The notes under the pieces are model-generated. The model did not search any database, had not been told where the DNA came from, and was given only the letters and a program-made list of their open reading frames with translations. The translations under genes were made by a program, and so were the position numbers. DNA of 64,000 nucleotides from a candidate division FCPU426 bacterium (lineage in GTDB: Bacteria > Oederibacteriota > Muellerivitia > Muellerivitales > Muellerivitaceae). The stretch spans positions 320,001 through 384,000 of the forward strand of contig CAWCKJ010000003.1 of the NCBI GenBank assembly GCA_963796105.1. The letters run 5' to 3'. This document shows positions 49,963 to 58,111 of the stretch, one piece after another (positions within the stretch are counted from its first letter, which is position 1; each line of letters begins with the position of its first letter).

Positions 49963-50211
49963 TAGAATTTTAGACCTGATTTAACCCCATAATCTTTTTC
50001 CCGTTGATCAAGTTAAACCGGGCTAGGCTCCATGTTCTTTTGACCCAATTGAAATTTTAACGACGGTTGCAAAATATTTATTTCTTCTCTTAAATCCAGG
50101 AGTCTTTACTTCCACCACGGGTCAAATTGAGTCGATTTTGCATTTAAAGGCTGTTTAATTCGACGAAAGTTTACATGGGTTCTTGGAATACCACCTTTAC
50201 TCAGATGGTTT

Positions 50212-50982
50212 TCAAACGAACTCATCCAGGATTTTTTGAAATCGCTCGGGATTCTCCAGCGGGATCAAGTGCCCAACATGCTCCAAGACCTGAATCCGGC
50301 TTGAGGGTATGGCTTTGGCAAGGGATTCAGCCTCAGCGACAGGAACCAGGGTGTCTTCTTGGCCCGCTAAGATGCATACTGGCGTTTTCAATTCAGACAT
50401 TAAGTCATTTTGATCCAGTCTGACGGCCATGGCCCTCTGGGCCAACGCGATAGCGGCAGGATCAGTCATTTGTATCCATTCCCGCAAGCGTTCCGCAACT
50501 TCTGGTTTATCAGACAAAGTCGTCCTGCCTAAAAGGCCTGGAACCATTGTGGATTTTAGAAATTCGACCCCTTCTTTGTTAACTCTTTCAGCCATTTTCA
50601 ATCGGTATTGCTTGGCATCTTGCCGGTCTATACCTGGTCTCGTGGATATAAAAAGAATTTTGACAACCTTGGAAGGGAACTGGCGGATAAATTCCATTGC
50701 CCAGTAACCACCCATGGAAATGCCGCCAAGGATTATTGGCTCAACAATTCCCTTCTCCCATAGGTGTTTTTCAAGTCCTTGAGCGGCTTGAGCCAGCGTT
50801 AACTCTTTGTTTGCTAATGGTGTAACGCCAAATCCTGGAAAGTCCGGCAAAATCAATTGATAACCGCTGGGCGCCTTGAAATCTTCCCACATCAAGTGGG
50901 AAAGCGGAAATGCGTGTAAAAGAACGACGGGTCTTCCCTTTCCCTTGGTGATGGATAATATGGTCGGGATCACTTTAAACAA
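50212..50982 (-). CDS. Alpha/beta-fold hydrolase
   Basis: LLHAFP, PDFPGFG, GISMGG, ED, GH triad motifs. Confidence 0.9.
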   Translation of the reverse strand: MFKVIPTILSITKGKGRPVVLLHAFPLSHLMWEDFKAPSGYQLILPDFPGFGVTPLANKELTLAQAAQGLEKHLWEKGIVEPIILGGISMGGYWAMEFIRQFPSKVVKILFISTRPGIDRQDAKQYRLKMAERVNKEGVEFLKSTMVPGLLGRTTLSDKPEVAERLREWIQMTDPAAIALAQRAMAVRLDQNDLMSELKTPVCILAGQEDTLVPVAEAESLAKAIPSSRIQVLEHVGHLIPLENPERFQKILDEFV

Positions 50983-51122
50983 TACCTCTGAAGATTTATG
51001 TGTTTGCTTCCAAGCCTCCCAACCATCTCTTTAACTGCTAAAGCTATAGATGGACAGTATATCTGTGAGTAGTTACTTTCTAGCGCATTATACTTTAAAG
51101 TTGAAATTTTCGTCTGCAAAGC

Positions 51123-52739
51123 TTATTCGTTCCGGCGTCTTAAAACCTTACCCGGAAATCTACCCGTAAATGCGCCTTTTTCAAAAACTGGTTGTCCATT
51201 CACCAGGACCATATTGATGCCTTTGGGAGGTTCCCAAGGGGAAACAGCTGTCGCCTTGTCCCCGATGGTGTTGTAATTAAACACCACAATATCGCCCCAA
51301 TATCCCTCTTGAATTATCCCCCGGTCGCTCAGTCCCAATAGTTTTGCCGGTTCCTGGGTGAGACGATTGATAGCCTCAGAAAGCCGAATAATCCTCTTGG
51401 CCCTGACATAGGTTCCCAAAAGCCTTGGAAAGGAACCCACATCCCTGGGATGAGGAATCGATCCGGAGGAATCAGACCCAAAAAGGATATAGGGTGACTG
51501 GATTTTCTTGATGAGACCCTCTTCTGAAAGTCCATGGTAGCAAATTTTAACGTCGGGACCGTTTTCCAGAAGCAACGCCAATACGGCGCGCTCCTCGGTC
51601 AGTTTCCGTTGTTTAGCCAATTCCTTAAGCGTCAAACCAAGGGCGCTTTGGGAATCCCGAGCGTAAACGCGCGTAATCTCGATTTTATCCCCTCCGCCGT
51701 ATTCCAGGAGGCGCCGGCGGATAGAAGCTAAAACATCCTCGGTCTTGGCCTGGTAAAGATAGTAATCCCACCGGGTGGCTTCTTGTGGGAGGTAAAGAAA
51801 CTGGTAAAGCGGAATTTGAACCTCGTTGCCCCAAAAATCATAGGGATAAACCGTCGCGAAAACGTCATAACCCTCCCCCCTTGCGTCTTCAATCAATTTT
51901 AAACCACTCTCCGTTTGATCCCAGTTGCTCGGTAGCTTGAATAACAAATGCTGGATCACGACGGGAATTTGATCCGTTTTGGCCACATGGATGGCTTCCC
52001 GGATGGCTTCCAAGACATTGGATCGATAGTTCCGGATATGGGTGTAATAGACGGAATGGGGGTAATGGGACAGGATCGAGGTCAATTGTTCCAATTCGGA
52101 GGGCTGGCACCACAACCCCGGCTCGTAGCCTAAACCGCTTGAGAGCCCGAAAGCGCCCGCTTGGAGGGCCCCCTCCACAAAACTTTTCATTCGGCGCATG
52201 TCAGCGGCGCCGGCAGGTTTTTCCCGTTTTTTCCGGATGAACCAATCCCTCACGCTTCCCTGCCCGATGAGGGTTCCAACGTTTAAGAGTCCCCTGTGCT
52301 TTTCGAGTTTTTTCAGGTTTTTTTGGACGTCCAAAATGGAAAATCCGCAATTCCCAGCGAGCCCGGAAGTCACCCCCTCCCTTATGGCGTTTTCCTGCTC
52401 TTGAAGGGTCCAAAGCAGGTCATTGTGGCAGAGTATGTCAATGAACCCGGGGGCGACCACCAGCCCTTCCACATTCACCGAACGTTCGGCCTCATACGAG
52501 CCTAGATCGCCGATTTTTGAAATTTTCCCGTCCGATATCCCCACATCCGCCTTAAAGGGCGGTTTTCCTGTTCCGTCCACCACCAGCCCGTTTTTCAGGA
52601 CCAAATCAAAATGTGGATTTTCGGCCCCGGCTGGGAAAAAACAAAGCACGAGGGTTATATTTAAGTAAATTATGAAATTTTTCAAAACCAACCTCATGAT
52701 TGATTTGGCCTCGAAAGTATAAATTCGCGGGCCTTCCAC
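51123..52739 (-). CDS. N-acyl-D-amino-acid deacylase family amidohydrolase
   Basis: VVDGTG, APGFID, GNCG, LSSGLGY, HIRN, GSD, HPR..GSFPR; start may be ATG at 52697. Confidence 0.88.
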   Translation of the reverse strand: MEGPRIYTFEAKSIMRLVLKNFIIYLNITLVLCFFPAGAENPHFDLVLKNGLVVDGTGKPPFKADVGISDGKISKIGDLGSYEAERSVNVEGLVVAPGFIDILCHNDLLWTLQEQENAIREGVTSGLAGNCGFSILDVQKNLKKLEKHRGLLNVGTLIGQGSVRDWFIRKKREKPAGAADMRRMKSFVEGALQAGAFGLSSGLGYEPGLWCQPSELEQLTSILSHYPHSVYYTHIRNYRSNVLEAIREAIHVAKTDQIPVVIQHLLFKLPSNWDQTESGLKLIEDARGEGYDVFATVYPYDFWGNEVQIPLYQFLYLPQEATRWDYYLYQAKTEDVLASIRRRLLEYGGGDKIEITRVYARDSQSALGLTLKELAKQRKLTEERAVLALLLENGPDVKICYHGLSEEGLIKKIQSPYILFGSDSSGSIPHPRDVGSFPRLLGTYVRAKRIIRLSEAINRLTQEPAKLLGLSDRGIIQEGYWGDIVVFNYNTIGDKATAVSPWEPPKGINMVLVNGQPVFEKGAFTGRFPGKVLRRRNE

Positions 52740-52771
52740 TTCAATAAAACCGGGTGGATGGAAACCTTGAT

Positions 52772-54229
52772 TTATCCTTTTTTAAGAACCGAAAGGAAAC
52801 CCCCGTCATGGGTCCGGGTGGGCCAAAAGACCAAGCCGTCCTCGCAGGACGAAATCCCGTTTGGCTCCGCCGGGGTATTTAAAGCAAGAGCCTGGTATTC
52901 GGGATGGCATTTCCGGAATGCCCCGATCACTTCCTGGTTTTCCTCGTTTTCCAATGAACAGGTGCTGTAAGCCAGGAGTCCCTTTGGATAAAGGTGTTCC
53001 TGGACCTGTTCCAGAAGCCTCGTTTGCTGGGGAGCCTGTTCCAGGATGTCTTTGGGCCTCAAACGCCAGCGGAGGTCGGCCCTTCGGGATAAGACCCCGG
53101 TCCCGCTGCAGGGGGCATCCACCCAAATCAGGTCGAATTTTTGGGACGGTGAAAGTTTTTCAGCGGCCCCCTCATGAATGAAAATCTGCCTTAAGCCCAC
53201 CCTTTTCAGATTTTCCGAAAGAAGTTTTAAACGCACAGGGGAAGGCTCGCTGGCTAGGATTTGCCCCTTCTCCCCCGCCTTCCAGGCCAAACTGATGGTC
53301 TTTCCGCCGGGAGCCGCGCAGACATCCCAAACCTTCATGCCGGAAGACAGGGGGACCATCTCCAGCATGGCCTGCGGGACCCAGTCCTGGATGATCCATT
53401 CCCCCTTTTGGAAGCTTGTTCCTGAAAACAACCCTCCCTCATGTTCCTTCAAAACAAGCGCCTGGGGAGGCCAATCCATCGGGGCCACATTTGTTTTTTT
53501 GGCCCGCAAGTCCGCAATGACATTTTCCCTAGTCCCCGGTTTGGTGTGGAAATAAACGGGGTGGGGGTGGTTGTCCGCCTCCAATACCTCCTCCAGTTTC
53601 CCGCGGTCCAATTTCTCGGCCCACTTTTTCACAAGCCAAGTGGGGTGGGAATACCTCAAGGATAAAGTGTCCAATTCGCTGTCGCCCTGGATGGCAAAAT
53701 CCTTCCCCTTGGTTTCAGCGGCGCGCAAGACCGCGTTCACAAAACCGCTCAGGGCCGCGTGCTCATGGACCTTCACCAGGTTCACGGACTCGTGAACGGC
53801 GGCCCAGGCCGGCACCCGGTCCAGGAACATCAGCTGGTACAATCCCATCCGCAGTGAAACCCTCACCTCCACCGGGAGTTTCGCAAAAGGCGACTGGCAA
53901 AGTTGGCCCAAATGGTAATCCAAAAGCCGCGTCTGCCGGGTGACGCCGTAGACCAACTCCCTCATCAAAGCCGTGTCCTCGGGCTTCAGGTTCAATTGGC
54001 TTTCAAGGACATCGGAGACTTTCGCGCCCTTATCGATTTTTGAGAGGGCCTTAGCCGCCTCTAATCGCGACGGCGAGATTTCTATTTTCCCCCCCGCGCG
54101 GGATTGAGAAGGGCGCCTGGCGAATTTTTGATCCTGGCCGCGGGAGGCCTTCTTTTGAAAAGGCCGGTTGGGGGGGCGCCCATATCGGGGTTTTGGACTT
54201 CCGGTTGGGTTTTTGGGGGGCTCGGTCAT
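52772..54229 (-). CDS. rsmB: 16S rRNA m5C967 methyltransferase
   Basis: NusB-like N-domain, CAAPGGKT, DAPCSGTG, YSTCS; def-fmt-rsmB synteny. Confidence 0.95.
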   Translation of the reverse strand: MTEPPKNPTGSPKPRYGRPPNRPFQKKASRGQDQKFARRPSQSRAGGKIEISPSRLEAAKALSKIDKGAKVSDVLESQLNLKPEDTALMRELVYGVTRQTRLLDYHLGQLCQSPFAKLPVEVRVSLRMGLYQLMFLDRVPAWAAVHESVNLVKVHEHAALSGFVNAVLRAAETKGKDFAIQGDSELDTLSLRYSHPTWLVKKWAEKLDRGKLEEVLEADNHPHPVYFHTKPGTRENVIADLRAKKTNVAPMDWPPQALVLKEHEGGLFSGTSFQKGEWIIQDWVPQAMLEMVPLSSGMKVWDVCAAPGGKTISLAWKAGEKGQILASEPSPVRLKLLSENLKRVGLRQIFIHEGAAEKLSPSQKFDLIWVDAPCSGTGVLSRRADLRWRLRPKDILEQAPQQTRLLEQVQEHLYPKGLLAYSTCSLENEENQEVIGAFRKCHPEYQALALNTPAEPNGISSCEDGLVFWPTRTHDGGFLSVLKKG

Positions 54230-55173
54230 GAAAGAATTTCGCCAGGCTTGAAGTCGGGATGTCCCAGGGTGAAATCAAAAGCGCTCATTTTACGCTTTCC
54301 CGGGGGCTGGATGTCGCGGATCAAGACTTTTCCCTTGCCGGCGGAGATCTCGATCCCCTCATGGCTGACCCTTAAAACCTCTCCCGGCATTTTCCCGGCG
54401 GGCTTCCCCTCCGCGTCCGAGGCGGAATGCACCCTTAATTGCGTTTCCCTCCATTGGGTCTCAGCCACGGGCCAGGGTGAAAGGCCCCGGATCTTGTTCA
54501 CGATCTCCGCGGAGGATGAATCCCACTTGATCCTGCACTGTTCCCGCTTGAGGCTGGGCGCGTAGCTGGCTTTCGAATGATCCTGCGGAATTCTAGGGGC
54601 CTTACCCTGGCCCAAAAGCGCCAGCGCCTCTTGCAGGCCTTCCGCTCCCAAAAGGGCCAAACGGTCATGAACCTCCCCGGTCGTCTCCTCGGGGCCAATC
54701 CCTGTTTTCCTCGTCAAAAGGATATCCCCCTCATCCATTTTTTCGTTCATGTACATAATGGTGACGCCTGTTTCCTTCTCCCCCACCATGACGGCGTAAT
54801 GAATGGGGGCCGCCCCCCGGTATTGGGGCAAGATCGAGCCGTGGACGTTCAAACAAGCGACCCTTGGAATTCGCAAGACCGCCTGGGGCAAAATTTGGCC
54901 GTAAGCCGCCACGACGGTAAAGTCGGGTTGGACAACCCGCAGGGTTTCGATGGATTCAGGAAACTTGATTTTCTCCGGCTGAAAAACGCTCAAGCCCAAA
55001 CCCTGGGCGGCCTCCTTGACGGGGGAGGTTTTTAACTCCAATCCCCTCCCCGCGGGACGGTCCGGTTGAGTGACCACCAATGGGATTTCATATCCAATCC
55101 TGTGAAGCGTTTGAAGGGCTGGTACCGCGAAATCGGATGTGCCCAAGAATAAAATTCGACCAAGTGATGTCAT
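54226..55173 (-). CDS. fmt: Methionyl-tRNA formyltransferase
   Basis: TQPDRPAGRG, NVHGSILPQYRGAAPI. Confidence 0.97.
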   Translation of the reverse strand: MTSLGRILFLGTSDFAVPALQTLHRIGYEIPLVVTQPDRPAGRGLELKTSPVKEAAQGLGLSVFQPEKIKFPESIETLRVVQPDFTVVAAYGQILPQAVLRIPRVACLNVHGSILPQYRGAAPIHYAVMVGEKETGVTIMYMNEKMDEGDILLTRKTGIGPEETTGEVHDRLALLGAEGLQEALALLGQGKAPRIPQDHSKASYAPSLKREQCRIKWDSSSAEIVNKIRGLSPWPVAETQWRETQLRVHSASDAEGKPAGKMPGEVLRVSHEGIEISAGKGKVLIRDIQPPGKRKMSAFDFTLGHPDFKPGEILS

Positions 55174-55283
55174 ATTGAACCCTGACCCAGAATGAACGGC
55201 GGATGATTCGCGAGGAGGATATTAAAACATGGAAATGCTTTTTTTTCAGGGTTGTTTATCGGGGCGGCGGGAAAAATGGCTGG

Positions 55284-55808
55284 TTACAAACTCACTGTTT
55301 CCTTGTAATTCCTCTTGAGCTGATCCAGCTGTTTTTTAAGGAACAGGCGCTTGATGGCGGGTATTTTCTGGATGAAAAGCCTGCCGTCCATATGGTCGAT
55401 TTCGTGGAGGACACAACGGGCCAGGAGACCCTGGAACTCGTAAGTTTGCCAGGAACCATCCAAAGTTTGGCCCTTTACTTGAACCTTCAATGATCTTTCC
55501 ACTTCCTCCCGGATATCCGGGATGGACAAGCACCCTTCCTCGATGGTCTCGGAACCTTCCTCGGACAACACCTCCGGATTGCATAGGACGAGGGATTCCC
55601 CTCGGTCTTCCAACTCGTAATGCGCATCCATTACCATCATTCGGATGAGTTCACCGACCTGGACCGCCGCCAGGCCGATCCCATTTGCTTGCCGCATGGT
55701 TTCAGTCATATCCCGAGCTAATTCCCTCAACTCAGAGCCGAAAACCGTAACGGGCTGGCTCATGTTTTTGAGGACCGGATTCGGGTAAATGACGATGGGA
55801 CGGATCAA
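55284..55808 (-). CDS. def: Peptide deformylase
   Basis: GIGLAA.Q, EGCLS, HEIDH. Confidence 0.97.
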   Translation of the reverse strand: MIRPIVIYPNPVLKNMSQPVTVFGSELRELARDMTETMRQANGIGLAAVQVGELIRMMVMDAHYELEDRGESLVLCNPEVLSEEGSETIEEGCLSIPDIREEVERSLKVQVKGQTLDGSWQTYEFQGLLARCVLHEIDHMDGRLFIQKIPAIKRLFLKKQLDQLKRNYKETVSL

Positions 55809-55907
55809 TTTCGCCTCTTCAATTTCATGATGATTTAAAAATTATAAGGAAAAAACATCTTGAAACTCAAGGGGTTTGGAAAAACCGGTCGCATGGCGAA
55901 TGACGGC

Positions 55908-56561
55908 TTATTCAAGCGGGAACGCCGTCATCCTTTTCTTTAATTCAGCCGCCGCAAGGCGAGGGTTATCCGCGTCGCAAATCGCCCGAACCACCGCGAT
56001 CCTCCGGCACCCGGCCCCAAGCACCTCGTCGAGATTGGTCAAATCGATTCCGCCTATGGCGAAGAACGGGAGGGAGGTCCTCATGGAGGCCAATTGCCGG
56101 ATATATTCCACGGAAACGGCCTTTCCTTCAGGCTTGGTCGGCGTGGCGTAAATGGGGCCCACCCCGATGTAATCAGCCCCGTGAGCCGTGGCCATACAGG
56201 CCTGGTCTGGGGCATGGGTGGAAACACCGACCAGTTTGCCGGGTCCAAGGATTTTGCGGGCGTCCAGGACCGATAAATCCTCCTGTCCGAGATGGACCCC
56301 ATCCGCGTCCGAAAGCGCCGCTATTTCAGGCCGGTTGTTCACTATGAAAAGCGCGCCGTATTGACGGGTAATTTCCCGGAATTCATGGGCCATCTTCAGG
56401 AGAACCGCGTCCTTGACGGAATAATCCCTCAGTTGCACGATATCCACGCCTCCCATTAAGGCCTCTTCCACCAAACGGTAAGCGGTCCCTTCGCCGGATG
56501 AAATCCCGCCCGCGACTAGGAACAAGCGCGCTTTCGCGAGGGCCTTCGCCGGATCGCTCAT
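55908..56561 (-). CDS. thiE: Thiamine-phosphate synthase
   Basis: VQLR, DGVHLGQED, STH, GPIYATPTK, AIGGI. Confidence 0.95.
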   Translation of the reverse strand: MSDPAKALAKARLFLVAGGISSGEGTAYRLVEEALMGGVDIVQLRDYSVKDAVLLKMAHEFREITRQYGALFIVNNRPEIAALSDADGVHLGQEDLSVLDARKILGPGKLVGVSTHAPDQACMATAHGADYIGVGPIYATPTKPEGKAVSVEYIRQLASMRTSLPFFAIGGIDLTNLDEVLGAGCRRIAVVRAICDADNPRLAAAELKKRMTAFPLE

Positions 56562-56686
56562 GTTGTTGCTCCTTAGTCGCCAAACTTAAAGTGATGGATG
56601 AGCGACATAACAGCTCATCGACCCTTGTGGTTTAAGTTGTTGAATGGCGGGTCGGTTATTCCCGGATCAATTGTTCGGGAATTTCA

Positions 56687-57100
56687 CTACCGCCCTTTGA
56701 GATGACGGAGGGTTTCTTGGAGGATGCTTTCCAGCTCTTTTTCCTCGGGGGTCATCGGCAGGTTCAACATCCTGTTTAAGGCGAGCCGCAGGATCGGGCT
56801 TCTTCTCAAGTGCTTATTATGCGATAGGAGCTTTTCCAGGACTTTCAATTGATGAAATGTCAGCCTGACAGCCTTGGTTTTCCCCTCAATCGGGCGTGGT
56901 TGATGGAATTCCGCGGCCTTGGCGGCAGGCTCAACCGGAACTTCAACCTTTTCCAATTTCGGCTCAACCGCGCTTATCTCGGCTTTTGTTTCAACAGGGT
57001 CTGTTTCCGGGGAGGGCTCGGAAGGATTTTGGCTCCGCAGGGATTGCAGTCTCCTGATTTGTCTTTCTGCAAGGGTCAATGGCTTTTCTGGTTCGTTCAA
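56687..57100 (-). CDS. Hypothetical protein, possible C-terminal ribbon-helix-helix domain
   Basis: GAGG RBS, low-complexity E/P/K N-half, then KTKAVRLT...LEKL...RSPILRLALNRML. Confidence 0.55.
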   Translation of the reverse strand: MNEPEKPLTLAERQIRRLQSLRSQNPSEPSPETDPVETKAEISAVEPKLEKVEVPVEPAAKAAEFHQPRPIEGKTKAVRLTFHQLKVLEKLLSHNKHLRRSPILRLALNRMLNLPMTPEEKELESILQETLRHLKGR

Positions 57101-57163
57101 GTGGATCGCCTCTCTGGTTTAATGATTTTAATGTTCTAGAATTCAACCGTTAGGGTCGAAACC

Positions 57164-58111
57164 CTATCGTTTGTTCAAAAGGACATCGGGTCGTCCGAAT
57201 ACAATTCCCTTCTCGATGGTCACGCGGGGCCATTTTCTCTCAATCCATGGCCCGATGAAATAACAGCATAAACCTACCCCCAAACCAGCCAGGACATCAA
57301 CGAAATAATGGTACCTTCCGTATATGGTCCCAAAAAACAGGGAAAGAATCATCAAGAAGACGAAAAACCGCCATTTTTTCAAATAAGGAAAGGCCATGCA
57401 GCAAATGATGGACGCAGCGATATGGGAACTGGGAAAGGACCCTCCTGGAAAGGCGTTGTTTTCCATGGTCATTTGAAGCCAATCGGAAATCCAATAGCCC
57501 TTAAGGGATTCCCTGAGGCCCGGCATGTAAAACCGGGGGCTCTCGGCCGGGAGGAGGATAAATAAAAAATAATGCAAAAAATAGGTGAAGCACAGGGTAA
57601 ACATGAATGCCCTGAAAACACTCCTGGGCGCTTTTAAATAAATCACGATGGAGGAAAGCGGCAGCAGGATGAAATAAAAACTGTAACCCATGCTGAAAAT
57701 CTCGTTCATAAGCCGATAGGGGGAATAAAACTGCTGGAAATTCCAAATCGAGGGTCCGATTCGGCCCAGTTGGTAATCCCACTTGACGAGCCTCTCATCC
57801 AGCGTCCAATCGAAATAAAGGTGAATCAAATTGCCCATTTCGCGGTAGAAATAAATGATGAGAACCAGGGGATAAACATGCCGTAAAAATTGGGTGACCG
57901 GCTCCTGGGTGTTCCGGAGGGCCCAAAGGGCGCCGATCAGAAACAGGGAAAACAAGACATGATAGCTGATGAGCCGGCTCTTGAGCTCCGTGGATAGGTT
58001 GCCCCCCGCGATCAGGATCGAAAGGACGATTTGATAAACCAGGATCAAGGAATCGACCGAGTTGATCCATGTTTCCTCCTGCCTGGGGTTGTGACGCGTT
58101 TTGGGGTTCAT
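57164..58111 (-). CDS. PAP2-superfamily membrane phosphoesterase
   Basis: PAESPR, FPSSH, RYHYFVDVLAG; multiple TM segments. Confidence 0.88.
   Translation of the reverse strand: MNPKTRHNPRQEETWINSVDSLILVYQIVLSILIAGGNLSTELKSRLISYHVLFSLFLIGALWALRNTQEPVTQFLRHVYPLVLIIYFYREMGNLIHLYFDWTLDERLVKWDYQLGRIGPSIWNFQQFYSPYRLMNEIFSMGYSFYFILLPLSSIVIYLKAPRSVFRAFMFTLCFTYFLHYFLFILLPAESPRFYMPGLRESLKGYWISDWLQMTMENNAFPGGSFPSSHIAASIICCMAFPYLKKWRFFVFLMILSLFFGTIYGRYHYFVDVLAGLGVGLCCYFIGPWIERKWPRVTIEKGIVFGRPDVLLNKR

Noticed and set aside
56562..56686. TPP riboswitch before thiE
   Set aside because: Conserved TPP aptamer motifs were not found.
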